A stretch of DNA of 64,000 bases from positions 62,001 through 126,000 of the forward strand of contig JAUPSS010000011.1 of the NCBI GenBank assembly GCA_040285825.1, written 5' to 3'. Shown here one piece after another: positions 35,215 through 47,392 of the stretch. The translations under genes and the position numbers were made by a program. Positions within the stretch are counted from its first letter, which is position 1. Each line of letters opens with the position of its first letter. Origin of the DNA: Eukaryota sp. TZLM1-RC (lineage: Eukaryota; Protista; Metamonada: BaSk clade). The notes under the pieces were generated by a model that saw only the letters and a list, made by a program, of their open reading frames with translations, did not search any database and was not told where the DNA came from.

Positions 35215-36253
35215 AATAATGTAGTCGAATTAGTTTTTTATATATTTAATTGTCAGCAAAATGATTTTACACCTACATAAGACATACTTTGATGTATTAA
35301 TGAATAACAAACTAATTTGTCCAATTACTAAAAATTTCTATTGCTTCAAGAGTGTCATGGTTGTTGTCCAATAACGAAATTTAGAACGAATGAATTGATA
35401 AGGGAATTGGTGATATTGTATTGTCAAAACGTGTTTCAGGAACTTTATCAAAGTCAAAAAGAAGACTTAGAGGGAAGATCTTTATTCACTTTATCAATTT
35501 CCGATAAATCTCAAGTCACAACTTCAGTTGAGGAGATTCATCTGAAACTCAGGAAGATGAAGTGGATGTGAAGGCGGGGGAGCACCAGAGGGAGGACGGA
35601 CAGGGCGTGTAGCTGGAGGGGGTGGCACAGCAAAAGTTGTTGGTGCAGCTTGGCATGGACGATCTGCAATAGACTCGAGTTTAGACTCAAGAAAAACCAG
35701 TAGTGCCTGAACAGACTGTCTTTTGTTAGTTCACCCCGCTAGTCTTTTTATGGGATCCAATGTTTTATAGTCAATGTTTGAGCGGACTGAACGAAACTTA
35801 TAATCTCTATAATAAAAAAACCAACAGTTTCACTGGCAAACTTAGATATAGTTGAACGAGGAGCAAAAGGTTCTTCGTTAAAGAGGAAAAAAAATAAAAA
35901 TGAATTAACGGGTGTTGTGACTTCCCTTGGTAACATGTTTGTACTGAACAGAGGAATTAAATTGTGAAACTTTATACGAACTATCATATATGAAAAACAC
36001 CCTAGATTGATCAAACAACTGCTGTAACTTACCAAAACTTCGACAGATTTCGCATCAAATTGCTGTTTTTAAAAAAGAGAAGCATTAAAACAGGTCCAGT
36101 ATTCATTATAAATGTGTTTATTTATCAGTTTGTCTACGTTTTATTGAGTTGTGGGTGTAAAAAGTTGAAAATAGAATAATTTTTGAAAGTAACTGAAACT
36201 CAAAAATTAATCATTTCTGATTGTCTCTGCACTTTCTACTTCCAGTGAGGACT

Positions 36254-38024
36254 ATGAAGTCATGAGCACGTGCCTGTTCTCTTCATCAGTTCTTTGAGCA
36301 GCCAGTATGTGACTATGTTGATGGACAGCTGACCAAGGTGACCTTTATGACTCACCTGGGCAGTTTGCAGGCCAGAGTGTTTTCTGTGCGCTTCCCTGAA
36401 GACAGTCATTTCCTTAATCAGCATCAATTCAAAAATCCAGTGTCTTGACTTTGTGGCGGTCTCTGAGCCAAGAGTCAGACATCCATTCAAGAGACCTGGC
36501 AAAGGCAACGTGTATGAGAAGCTCAAGCGATTCTCCACATCATGGCCGTTTGCTGACCTGTTCTTATCAAGAACAGGTCGTAATCATGCACTACCCACTA
36601 TTGAAACTCTACAACAACTAGTGGATGCAAAATTCCGTCAGCTGCAAGGCAACTACCAGCAGCTCCTTGATCATGGTTTTGTGTCTTGAAAGCTCAACTT
36701 CTTTCGCTCGTATACAGTCGTTCATAACTGCCATTCACACACCACTTATGCTGGCTCTGTACTTCACAACAACACGAACTTTCAGGAACATCTTCTTTCT
36801 TGGTTGAACACAGACCATACATTGGATATCAATCCATCTAACTTTTTGGTTGGTAATCTGCAAAGGTACAATACTCTTCTTTCTTCCTGAAGAGGCATCT
36901 TCCGCTGCGGATTAGCAATCTAAAACCACTTCGAGTAAGCCTTTCCTCATACGTTCAGACGCCAGAGATTCATCCATATCGCTAGTTTGAAGCCTGCTTT
37001 TGTCCCCTTTTCCACATGGGTTCTCAACCATTTTATCTCCAAAAACACATCACAAACAATTTTGAAAACCCTTATTTATGATTTAAAACAAAAGCCAATG
37101 ACTACACCATGTCTTCTAATGGTGATAGTTTCCGTATAACTTTCACAACCCACCCAAAAGCAACACGAGTGAGATTGTCTGGAGAAGCCTTGGAACTTCC
37201 AGAGGGGAACTTGATTACTATGAAACCACTCGGAATAGAAAACATACCCTGCAAGCCAAGGTTGAACGGCCATGATCTCTCCAGAAACCTAAAGCTACTG
37301 AGTGGCAGGCCCTGATGACGATACGGAAATGGTGTTCTGGGCCATCGAACCCAACCACTCAAATCTATGTGGTTCCAGTATTGGAACACGTTCAGGGCCG
37401 ACCGTATCGAATATCTTCCTGGCACCAAAGCAACGAAAATCAATCACTCCGCTTCACTGACCCACTCATCAATAGATGTTTATGACGTGCAGAAATTGAC
37501 CATTATCTGCTTGAAATATCAACTACCGGTGACTATAAGGATTATGAAGGTAATAACGTAAGACGAATTTCGGATTGCTCGAAAAGCATTGAGGAAAAAC
37601 ACATTTGACTTCTTGAAGAAAACAGAAAAGATTCAGCTCAATTATCAACAAAGTGAAAAAATTTGCAAACGGTGGAGAAGTAAAGGTATGGTTTGGCAAT
37701 GGAGGTGATGGTCCATCACGTCAAAAAGTAAAAACTCCACGTAAAGCGTTTCTCAAGTTGTTACAATGTTCATTTGCTAATGTGAAGATCGGAGATGAAA
37801 AAACGACATCTGCAAAGGTGAACTGCTGCAAGATGCTACACCAAAAGATCTATCGAGAAGTTGATGGTGAAGTTAAAGTTCACAACGCCTATTTCAGTTG
37901 TCCGGAATGTAATCAAGTTTGGTCTAGAGACATTTCTGCATCACTAAATCAGCTAGAAATTGCAATTAGTGAGCACTACCATGGAACAAGACCAGAAGCG
38001 TTCCAGAGACCACAAAGAAACTAG
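36254..38024 (+). pseudogene. Fanzor1-like nuclease pseudogene, family FzC (near full length)
   Basis: SSNGDS; RuvC-I FWAIEPN; VWFGNG; RuvC-II GDEKTTS; CPEC; RuvC-III WSRDISASLN; GTRPEAF end; 5' limit approximate. Confidence 0.8.
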
Positions 38025-38165
38025 CTTCAAAGCTACGTATTGTTCTAGAGGAGAAATGGGCTCACTGAGATTGGTGGCCAATTATTCGAGGATTCTAGAA
38101 TGTCTGTGGACGATCTCACCAAGAATGAAAGTTCTTGGAGAAAGTCTGAATGATGCTTGACAAAA
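38022..38165 (+). ncRNA. Candidate Fanzor omega-RNA scaffold (FzC)
   Basis: Series of stems right after the stop: TAGCT/AGCTA; TTCTAGA/TCTAGAA enclosing ATTGG/CCAAT; CCAAGAA-TGAAAG-TTCTTGG. Confidence 0.45.
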
Positions 38166-38259
38166 ACATGCATTTTTTGAGTTGCCACAGAAAAGGAATA
38201 AGTAATACAATTCACCTAAATCACTCAGGCGCAAACCCATCTAAGAGCAACCCCATTTT

Positions 38260-40254
38260 ATGACTGATTACACTGCCCTAGCATCCGAATTAGGCTTTGC
38301 GGATGTTGACCGCTTTGAACTTGCTTGTAAATATCATGGTATCCTTCCATCAGATCTTCAAGAGCGTCCCCAAGAGTCTTTCCGTCTTTCTTCTGATGAC
38401 CTTCCTGCTGAGGTTGAAAAACGTTGGGAACATTTCGAGAAGAAACGTCTAGACCTCGTCCAAATGGTTGCAGATCAGTACAACGCAGATCCACCGGAAA
38501 TCCCTGCTTCCCCTGCATCCACACACTCCTCCCGTGACTCTCCTATGCCTGATACTTCCACCATGGTTGCTTCTGAGCAACAACGTCTGGAAAAACTGAA
38601 GCGTAAACAAAAACAAGAAATCCAACAACTTTTGCTCTGGGAGAAACGACAAGTAGCCATTCAAGAACAACAACAGAAACGTATCGCCCACGAAGCCGAA
38701 CGTGAAGAAAAACGGAAAAAAGAATTACAACGTAAACAAAAGCAACAAGAGGAAGAGCGTAGACGCCGTGAAATGTTAAAGAAACAGAAACTTGAACAAG
38801 AAGAGGCTGAAATGCGACGAATTCAGCTCGAAAAGTTTGAACTAGAAAGGAAACGTTTGCAAGAAGAAGAACGACAGCGGGAGATTCAAGCCAAGCAAGC
38901 CCGACAAAGGGAGATTGAGAGGACACAGAAAGCTGAGGAGCATAAACGAAAGACGGAGGCTATACTACAGCACCAACAACAAAAGCTTTACGAACGTCAA
39001 TTGGAGATTCAACAGAAAGATGAAGAAAGAAAGCAAATGCTAGAGGAACAACGGAAAAAGAAAGCAATGGAAGCAGAGAAGAAGAGGGCTATCAATGAGG
39101 CGAAGGTAGAAGCAGCTAGGCGCCATCAAGAAGACATTCAACGAAAGAAGAAAGAAGATTATGATAGGAAACTAGCTGAGAATGAGGAACGAAGAAGATA
39201 TCACGAACAGCAGCGAAACAAGCAACTGGAGGAAAGAAGAAGACAAGCTGAAGAGAAGCAACGATTGCTAGAGCTGACGTTACAGAGAAATGAGGAGAAG
39301 GAGGAAGAAAGAAGAAGAGCAATCATGGAAAAAAGAAAAGAGGAGGAGGAAAACCAAGCTAGAATCAAGGCTGAAAAAGAAAAGGAACGCCGACTGAAGA
39401 TATTAGAGCATGAACTGAATGAAGCTGATAGACTGGAAAAACTTGAACGATTGAAAAGAAGAGATGCTTTTAGAAGAAGTCTGTTAGAGTCTAGTATTGA
39501 AACCAAGATGTCTAGAGCAGAAATGATGAAGCGGCAACGTGACCATTTGCTTAAAATGAGACGCCAACTTTCTGATCAAAGTGCAATTCAGAAGAAGGCT
39601 ATAACGGAAGCTTTAGAGTATATGAAGGTTACAAAGAAGCTTGAATTACCTGCGCATTTGAAGGACTTGGTACCTAATGATTTATTCCAAATTGATGAAG
39701 GTTTGGAAATTGATAATAGATCACAATCCACAATTCCTCCTGAAGCTCGTGGTGTAGTGAGAAGTGTCAGTCAAATGTCAGATCATGGTAACAAGTCTGG
39801 TGACACAAAGAGCTCAACCCCAAATCAAAAAGAAACTCAAAAAAGAACACCTGTCACTCATCAAAGTCGAGCAGCTTCAAAACCTTCTGTTCAGCCTAGA
39901 ATAACGACATCTGTCAAAAGAGTTCCCAAAGTAAAAAGAGAAGCTCAAGCCTCACCTTATGCTGAACGTCCTTCTAGGCCAAATTCTCGAATATTGGCTC
40001 CAAAAAAGACACCTCAAGTCGAAACTGTACAAAAGGATGAAGAAAAAGAAATTGTCACCGCTGAACTCCTTGAATTAGTAACTGCAGAGCAAGAAAAAGA
40101 AGCGCAAAGATTGGAATTATTGGAGCAGGCCACTACAGATGTTGAAAGGCAACGTTTGGAAAAGATATTCAAAAAGGAACGAGCAATGGCGAATGAAAAG
40201 ATTCTAGAACTTTCTCAACAAAAGGAAGAATTGGCGGAAGGTAGTGTACACTAG
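38260..40254 (+). CDS. Long E/K/Q/R-rich coiled-coil protein (664 aa)
   Basis: Intact ORF; globular N-terminus (ACKYHGILP..RWEHFEKKR) then a trichohyalin-like coil. Confidence 0.85.
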   Translation: MTDYTALASELGFADVDRFELACKYHGILPSDLQERPQESFRLSSDDLPAEVEKRWEHFEKKRLDLVQMVADQYNADPPEIPASPASTHSSRDSPMPDTSTMVASEQQRLEKLKRKQKQEIQQLLLWEKRQVAIQEQQQKRIAHEAEREEKRKKELQRKQKQQEEERRRREMLKKQKLEQEEAEMRRIQLEKFELERKRLQEEERQREIQAKQARQREIERTQKAEEHKRKTEAILQHQQQKLYERQLEIQQKDEERKQMLEEQRKKKAMEAEKKRAINEAKVEAARRHQEDIQRKKKEDYDRKLAENEERRRYHEQQRNKQLEERRRQAEEKQRLLELTLQRNEEKEEERRRAIMEKRKEEEENQARIKAEKEKERRLKILEHELNEADRLEKLERLKRRDAFRRSLLESSIETKMSRAEMMKRQRDHLLKMRRQLSDQSAIQKKAITEALEYMKVTKKLELPAHLKDLVPNDLFQIDEGLEIDNRSQSTIPPEARGVVRSVSQMSDHGNKSGDTKSSTPNQKETQKRTPVTHQSRAASKPSVQPRITTSVKRVPKVKREAQASPYAERPSRPNSRILAPKKTPQVETVQKDEEKEIVTAELLELVTAEQEKEAQRLELLEQATTDVERQRLEKIFKKERAMANEKILELSQQKEELAEGSVH

Positions 40255-40519
40255 AGTTAATGAGATTCATTAATTTGAATCTCTGTTATAATTTAAATTG
40301 TAATAAAATTGTTTAATTATTGATCTAAAGATATATATATATATATATTTATTGGCAATTTCACTTTAAAAAGTGAAAACACCTGAGAACAAGAGGGAGG
40401 TATCGCAAATACCATTTAAAGGAGTGTTTTTTAATAAATATGCAAAAAAATATGTACAAGATGGCTAAAGTAGAGTTCAGCAAATAAATTAAACAATTAA
40501 TACAAAAAACTATAAAAAA

Positions 40520-41974
40520 CTAGGGAGAAGCTGGACTAAGAAAATCCAATAATGAGCTTTGTCTGTAATGCCGTGGCCTCTGTTCAATTTCTGGGCTTGA
40601 ATCAACTACAACTACCGGATCCTCAGCTTCTACAGGTGATAACTGACCAGGGAACAATAAAGATTCTCCAGATCTGCTCCATGGGGACGTTGAAACAAAA
40701 GGAGAAGGAGGAGGGGAGGGAGAAGGAGGAGGTCCACCAGTAATCCTAAAGATATCAACCACCCCCTCATCTAGAGCAACAGCGAGAAGAGATGAACACC
40801 AAGAGGGAGTGGCAATGGAACTGGGGAGAGAGTCAAGATTCAGTTGGAGAGGACAGGAGAAGGTGTTGTTCTGGTTATAAATATAGGAAGTGACAGATGA
40901 TTCATGAAGAGTGGAAGCCATGAACGAGTTTGAAACATGATGGGAGGTAACAGTCATCGAGTTCATGTTAGTAGGAAGAGAGAGTAAAGGAGACGTTGAG
41001 GAATGAGGGGTAAGTGTGTCTATTGAGAAGATACCACGTCTGGCCACAGTGGCGAGTAACCTTCCAGTACGAGGAATACATGACAGAGAGGACACCGCAC
41101 CGGGAAGAGAAAACGTGTGAACTGGCTCAATGTCATCAGCGGAGGAGAAGTACGATGCAGGCGAACTCTTGGAAGCAGCGGAAAGGTGAGGAATGTGAAG
41201 CGAGTGTTTATTGGAGGAAGAGCGACGAGACTTGTGTCTTCTTCCAGACTGCAGGCATGTTCTCGCGTCCCACACGTTGACTGCCCCATTGTTGGTTGAG
41301 CTGGCGATATAGTTGTGATCCAAAGCGACAATGTCAGTCTGGCGATCTGCTGTTAGTCGCTTAGCAACTGTAGGTGGAGACTGGGCTCGTAGTTGTGAAA
41401 TTGGAGGTGATCGTGGTGGTGAGGATGGAGATAGGGTACGTGCTGGAGAAAGAGTAGGAGAGGAGGCAGATCGTGTATCCCAAATACATATTCCACCATC
41501 CCTGCTAGCAGTGGCAATTATAGATGGTGATTCTGGTATGAAGCAAGCAGCTTTGACACAAGCTGTATGACCTTCTAAAACAGTAATACGGGTATTAGTT
41601 TCTGTATCCCAAACCACAGCAGACTGATCTGCTGAACATGTTAAAAAAGAAGCATCATGATGTGAGAACCGAAGTTGGTAGATGTATCGATCATGAAGTG
41701 CTGCATCGTATCCACTGTTGTTGTCTACAAGACTCGTTTGGTGTTGATCTATTGGTAAAGGTCCTGTGGGTAGTATAAAATCATCTAATTTAGTGAAGAA
41801 TGCATTTCCACCCTCATCGCCAATGGCTAGTAGAGGATGTAGATTTGCAAAGGAAAGTGTTGTTGGGACAAATGCTAAGGAAGAAGCATCTGTATTATTC
41901 TCTAATCTGATCGTTCCTATAAGTGTATGTGTGTTCAAGCATATGGGCGGCGAACTGAGATCTTCAGGATTCAT
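40520..41974 (-). CDS. WD40 protein, CDT2/DTL (denticleless)-like
   Basis: LLAIGDEGG, FLTCSADQSAVVWD, GHTACVK..ATASRDG.ICIWDTR; C-terminal PIP-box-like QSSLLDFL. Confidence 0.75.
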   Translation of the reverse strand: MNPEDLSSPPICLNTHTLIGTIRLENNTDASSLAFVPTTLSFANLHPLLAIGDEGGNAFFTKLDDFILPTGPLPIDQHQTSLVDNNSGYDAALHDRYIYQLRFSHHDASFLTCSADQSAVVWDTETNTRITVLEGHTACVKAACFIPESPSIIATASRDGGICIWDTRSASSPTLSPARTLSPSSPPRSPPISQLRAQSPPTVAKRLTADRQTDIVALDHNYIASSTNNGAVNVWDARTCLQSGRRHKSRRSSSNKHSLHIPHLSAASKSSPASYFSSADDIEPVHTFSLPGAVSSLSCIPRTGRLLATVARRGIFSIDTLTPHSSTSPLLSLPTNMNSMTVTSHHVSNSFMASTLHESSVTSYIYNQNNTFSCPLQLNLDSLPSSIATPSWCSSLLAVALDEGVVDIFRITGGPPPSPSPPPSPFVSTSPWSRSGESLLFPGQLSPVEAEDPVVVVDSSPEIEQRPRHYRQSSLLDFLSPASP

Positions 41975-42014
41975 CTACATCTACGGAAATTTCCAAACAA
42001 TATAATTCTTTCCA

Positions 42015-42611
42015 ATGCCACGGCGGCGAAAGATTGTATTACGCCCATTCTGTTACTATTGTAACAGGATCTTTCAAGATGAATCAATTCTTCTTAATCA
42101 TCAACGAGCACGTCATTTCAAGTGTCTGGTTTGTAAGAAAAAAACTCAAAATGCACCTGGTCTCAAAACACATTATATGAAAGTCCATCATGAACAACTT
42201 ACCAGGATACCACATTCTGTCAAATCACGAGGCAGTAATCCAGATATTCGCATCGTAGGGATGGAAGGAATTCCCAGTGATATTAAACATCCTTTAGATG
42301 ACGGTTCAAAGAGGATTAGACGTCGTTTGGGTGGTTTTGATCCTTCTACAATGCAGCTTCCCTCTACTATTAATCAGTTCATGGCCACTCCTACCACATC
42401 TCTTCCTACTGGTTCAAATGTACCTATGCCCATGATGCCAACACTCAGCACCCCCATGCAGACTAGCACAATGGCTAAAAAGGTCGCTGCTACTGTTCCT
42501 ACCTTCGTTGAGATTCCTGGTTCTAAGAATTGTTTTCTGACTTATGGAGATAATGATTTAAGCATGGAAGAAAGACGAAGCCAATTGGCAAGGTACAAAG
42601 TACATAGTTAG
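42015..42611 (+). CDS. ZNF207: BuGZ/ZNF207-like zinc-finger protein
   Basis: RPFCYYCNRIF.DE..L..HQRARHFKC..C..H...VH, I.GMEGIP, C-terminal SMEERR. Confidence 0.88.
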   Translation: MPRRRKIVLRPFCYYCNRIFQDESILLNHQRARHFKCLVCKKKTQNAPGLKTHYMKVHHEQLTRIPHSVKSRGSNPDIRIVGMEGIPSDIKHPLDDGSKRIRRRLGGFDPSTMQLPSTINQFMATPTTSLPTGSNVPMPMMPTLSTPMQTSTMAKKVAATVPTFVEIPGSKNCFLTYGDNDLSMEERRSQLARYKVHS

Positions 42612-43413
42612 TTTATTTACTCTCTGTTTATGCTTAATTGTTATTAATTGTATTTTGAATTTTTTGTTTGCTTAATAAATTATAATATCATTTAATTTTT
42701 GATGTGCTTTTCACTTTGGATTTGCATTGTTGCAAAGTTTGTTGTTAGAACAAGGCTGAACTCACCTGAAAAATAGGTTAATATCTCATATGAATTAAAG
42801 TATAGGTCATGCTGACACAATTGAATCCTAAGCAAATTATTTATATAAACGAGTTGATGATGATATAGACGAAGTTAATGGTTATAGAAATAGTCAACAA
42901 GACTTTATGTTTGATCCATTTTAAATAAATAGAAAGCCAACATCAGAAACTGGAAACTATTTGAACGATTTCCAAATATGGCTCAAAAGAAAATAATCAA
43001 GAAATTTGATAACTTTCTATGATATTTTTGATTCCAGTTGGTAAAAATAAATAGTTGATCATTGTTTTCATCGTTTGAGAGCAACTTTAGCAACGAATCC
43101 AGCAGGGCCAGATTTGATAGTGGAAATTCTTGTTTCAATGAATTTCGTAATGTCGGTTGTGTTCATTCAAAATAGTAACATTGTGGCTCTGCAGAATTTT
43201 CTGTTAAAATACCCTGAACAAGAACTCGTAATTTGTTTGCATGACTGAAAAATACTAAATCAAGAAAATCGTACAAGGGGAAAAATGAGCCAGTTGAAAT
43301 TAAATAGTAAAGTAATTGTATGAGTAATAAGTTGAAAAAGGTTTTAATGAAAAATTCTATTACAATAAGAAATCTATATAGAGAAAATAAAACTAAACTA
43401 AAATAATAATAAA

Positions 43414-44721
43414 CTATTGATAAAATTGTTTCCAGGAATTTGTTGTTCCAAAGTACAAGAAAATCATCCCTAGCACAACATTGGTGCAGGCAAAACCTCT
43501 TTTCAAAGTCCTTCTCCAATCAGCTTCAAGTTTACCTGATAACCTCAAGAAGAACAGTGCCGGCAAAATGAAGGTCACAAACATTCCCGTTGTTGAGCCA
43601 GATAATCTAACCACATTCTCCACACGCTTCTCCAAGATGCTAACTGTGACAATAGCGGGCACTAAAATGAAGACAAACAAACATTGTCTTCTCCACAATG
43701 GTTTTGGATTGTTCAAGAAAAAGTTCTCAAATGCAGAACGACATGCAAAAAATGCCAAGGGGAACGAGAAGGCAAGAGTGAATGAAACACCAATACGTGC
43801 AATAATGATCAACACATCATCTGCAGCATAGTTTTGAACAATGTTACCCTTAGTTTCGGCTCTAAAGGAACCATACCCAGCTAGGCCTAGTAATGAATAG
43901 AAAACCAAGCAGAAACAAGCAGCACCTAGGATACAAAGAACAAATCGTTGGGGCGTGCGTTGTTTAAGTTCCTTATACAGATTACAGACCTGAGATGAGT
44001 TTGACAATTATGAAACAAAAAATACGTTGTAGTGAGCTGTAAAAGCAACACTTATAAGTGGGATAGACAGAAATATGTCTGTAGAAATGTTGAACCACCG
44101 AAAAGTAGTATTTGTTGGTTGTTCATATGAATTTGTAAGATATCTGAAAACTGCCACAGAAACCAAATACAGAAAAAACAACATTGCTATAGCTGATGTG
44201 AACCTAAGCTTATCTAGTTTAGGTAATAACGCCAAAGGTAATAATACTATACACATAATCAGAATTAACAAAGAAGTACGATCCAAAAGAAAGGCAGGAA
44301 CACTAGAGGACAGTAATTGATTGGTAATACTGGGAACAAAGTCACCCATGAGAACACAAAACATTGTACAAGAACCGATCGTAGTTACACCCACAACAAA
44401 TTCAACAACATATCCCATTGCATTACCCATTGATTTCTTGCCAATAGCTTTATAAGAAAAGGCACCCGTGATTTCACAACAAACAGTGAGAAAGTACATT
44501 CCAAAAGATGAAAAGAAGCAGACGAATAAGAGTAGCATTATTCCTAATGCAGCTCCTGTATCAAGAAAAGCGTGGGGTATTGTGAGAACTCCTGCACCAA
44601 CAATCGTGTTCGTGAGATTTACCGTCGAGCTGAATAGCGATGCACCTTTTGATTCAACATGGAGCGAATCATCACTGAAACTGACTAGCTTCTTTGTTTC
44701 ATCCATCGAGAGAGAAGACAT
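43414..44721 (-). CDS. Amino acid transporter (AAAP/SLC38-like); intron 43990-44025
   Basis: NLTNTIVGAGVLTIP, AFTAHYN|VCNLYKEL, GYGSF; multiple TM helices. Confidence 0.9.
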
Positions 44722-44810
44722 TGATGAAGATTAATGTATCAGTGGAGCTTATTGATGGAACGAAACGTATTGTGCATTGATAAATTAATATATTTGGGCT
44801 TGTAATTTGT

Positions 44811-44954
44811 TTAATTGTATTTATTGAATTTGCACACTTATTTAAATTAACTCATAACTAATGGGACGACTATCATTGAACCAAGATTTCCTCTACAAAA
44901 TCTTGATCTGCTTGCTGTCTAGCTAAAGCTTCTCTTATTCGATTGAAAAACCGA
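44811..44954 (-). mobile_element. 144-bp 3' end of CRE family D with 13-bp TSD
   Basis: Matches about 54846-54981; TSD GCTTGTAATTTGT at 44798-44810 and 44955-44967. Confidence 0.88.
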
Positions 44955-45107
44955 GCTTGTAATTTGTCAAAAACAATATACAATCAAGATTTCACATTTG
45001 AATTAAAATAGCAATTAGGGTTCATTTATTGTCTTCACTACTTTTGCATTGGGTGTATGTTGAAACAAAAGACTCGAAGAAAATATTTACAACCAAAAGA
45101 AATGAAG

Positions 45108-47055
45108 CTAAACCATGTCACCAATCCATTTCTCAAAAGATTTAATTGTCATTTCAGCAGTAGAATCCTCAATATTGGCAATTATAGCCTCACCGTGAAC
45201 AATTTTGAAAGAAAGTTCAATATTGGGTAGTCGTTTTAAAAACTGACCTTTACGCCAAAGTGCATTGTTATACTTCTTCATCTCTTCAACAATGACATCA
45301 TCAGCAGGGCGGAGAACTGAAAAAATCAAGTCATCAGAGGTCAATGCCTTACCAGTGAGTTCTTTTACCAAATCAGGAAACTCCCTCGTGCTACCCCACC
45401 GCCAATAATACTGAAGAAGATCAGCACAAACATTGTGATTATGCAGAATTTGCCCATATTTGGAAAAGAAATGTTCACGAGTTGTGTAAACAGCGCATTC
45501 AGCAAGTACATATGCTTGGTAATAAGCACTGGATTCAAAGCTGAGAATGTCTATGGTGAGGACAGAGAAGGGAGAACACACGAGGAACACTCATGAGAGG
45601 CCGTGGAGAAAGAAGGCCATTGAGGAGCCACTTCTCAATGCGATCAGCTAAGTCTTGCACGTTGTGAGGTGTAACACTTTCTTCAGGAAGTTCGTACAGT
45701 GCTTTCTCAAAAAACGGAACTAAAAGCATTGCTCTGAGCCGTAATAGGCGTTCTGGTTGACGAGATTTGTAGTACTTTTCCAGAACTTCTGGAGGAACGG
45801 TCTCTCCGTCCTCATTGATGCCATACTCAGCGAAAAAGTCACCATCCGACATAAGAGAGTCAAAAAACATTGATTGAGTTCTAGGGTTAGTATTACTATT
45901 GAGTAATCATACTCAGCATTAATGACTGAGAAAGGAGCTCTTTCCTGGGAAAACAAAGGGGAATTAACCAAACATTGTGAATAAGAAAGAGCATGACCTC
46001 CTTCATGTAATAACGTCTTTAAAGCATTAATTCCACTTCCCACTTGGGAGGGGGTACTCAGGGATGTGAAGTTGGCTCGTGCTGGATGCCATTCCCCAGT
46101 TGAATGTTGAAAATGGGAAGGATGTGTCCAATGGCAAAAACCGTTATTGTACTTGTTTGGTCGATCCAACAAATCCAGTGTAAGATCAGCACTTCTGAAA
46201 GAAGCCCCGCAACTTGCAAAAGAGTTAATCCACACTCTCAATGCATTTTTAAAGGAAAAATATGGATCCAAAGCCAGAGTTACATCACCCGAGCTGAAGA
46301 AGTTTATGTTCCAAGGCTGTACGGAGGAAGCTCCATTTCTTTCCTTCATGTCTTGAACATAGTCCTGGAAAGGCTCTCTTGTCCTCCTCTCAATGTCATT
46401 TAAAATGTCAAATACATGTTCCTTGCTCATTCTTTCGGTAGTTTGTAGTTTGTAATCGAAGAAGTCCTTGAACCCCAGCATCTTCGCAAGTCGATTTCTA
46501 TGGTTGACAATGCAACAGAATTCAGTTAGCAATCGAGAACTACCCACATCACGCAAACCCACCCAGCAAGCTTTTCTTACATCTTCTCGGTGATGTGTTT
46601 TAAGCATGGTGGAAAGTTGAACACCAGAAGATTCAATAAAACTTTCTGAATCAGGATCAATGTAACCTAATGTGAACAAAAAAGATGAGCAAACCTGTTT
46701 TCATTTCAGCGTTTCTATGGCGCTGAAGATCTTCCTCAATGGCAATAAGATCCTTGAACACGAGGGAAGCTTGTTCGGAAGGAAACTGATAACATTGAAA
46801 GCATTTCTTCATTTCTTTAAGAGTTTGATACTGCAGAGGAGTGAGACCAGACCGATTAAGAGCATCGTCGATTGTCTTCATTGTTTCAGGAGAAGAGAGA
46901 AAGTCAATCATGTCGGCATGTGCATTGGAACAAGCTTTAGGATCGACTCCATCGATTCCCATTTTAGAGGCCCAAAAAGCTTCTTCATAAGTTTCATGAA
47001 GAGCAAGATAACGGTTGTTTATCGAATCAATAAGGTGATCGATATCAGCACTCAT
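45108..47055 (-). CDS. M3-family oligoendopeptidase; introns 46667-46694, 45881-45912, 45551-45581
   Basis: R..KYNNGFCHW, LLHEGGHAL (HExxH), spliced AETQSMF, YYQAY; three GT-AG introns restore the frame. Confidence 0.88.
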
Positions 47056-47392
47056 AGGAAGTAATGGGTGATTATTTAAACAAAAACTTTTTTTTAAAAA
47101 AGCCCTTTCCAACACTTACACCCATACTGCTCAGACCCATACTTGTTGAGCAAAATCACATTGTGCATCAAAATTGGGTACCGTATTACAGTGTTTGTTC
47201 AACAACTTTTGCAATAATTGATTTTCATTGTATTACACTACTTAATACAGTACTTTATATTAAGAAACTAGAACTGTAAAATGACGTATCACGATGCTAT
47301 CATCTAACTGATTGGATAAGTATTGTATCACATATGTCAATATTTGAATTTTACAAAAAAATTTACCTTAGATGTATTTTCTAAAATAAAAT

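Noticed and set aside
34198-35745. TAGAGATG... as the left TIR of the hAT remnant, with a partner near 35740
   Set aside because: No convincing inverted match or 8-bp TSD found
40330-40347. (AT)n microsatellite between convergent genes
   Set aside because: Ordinary short repeat in a terminator region
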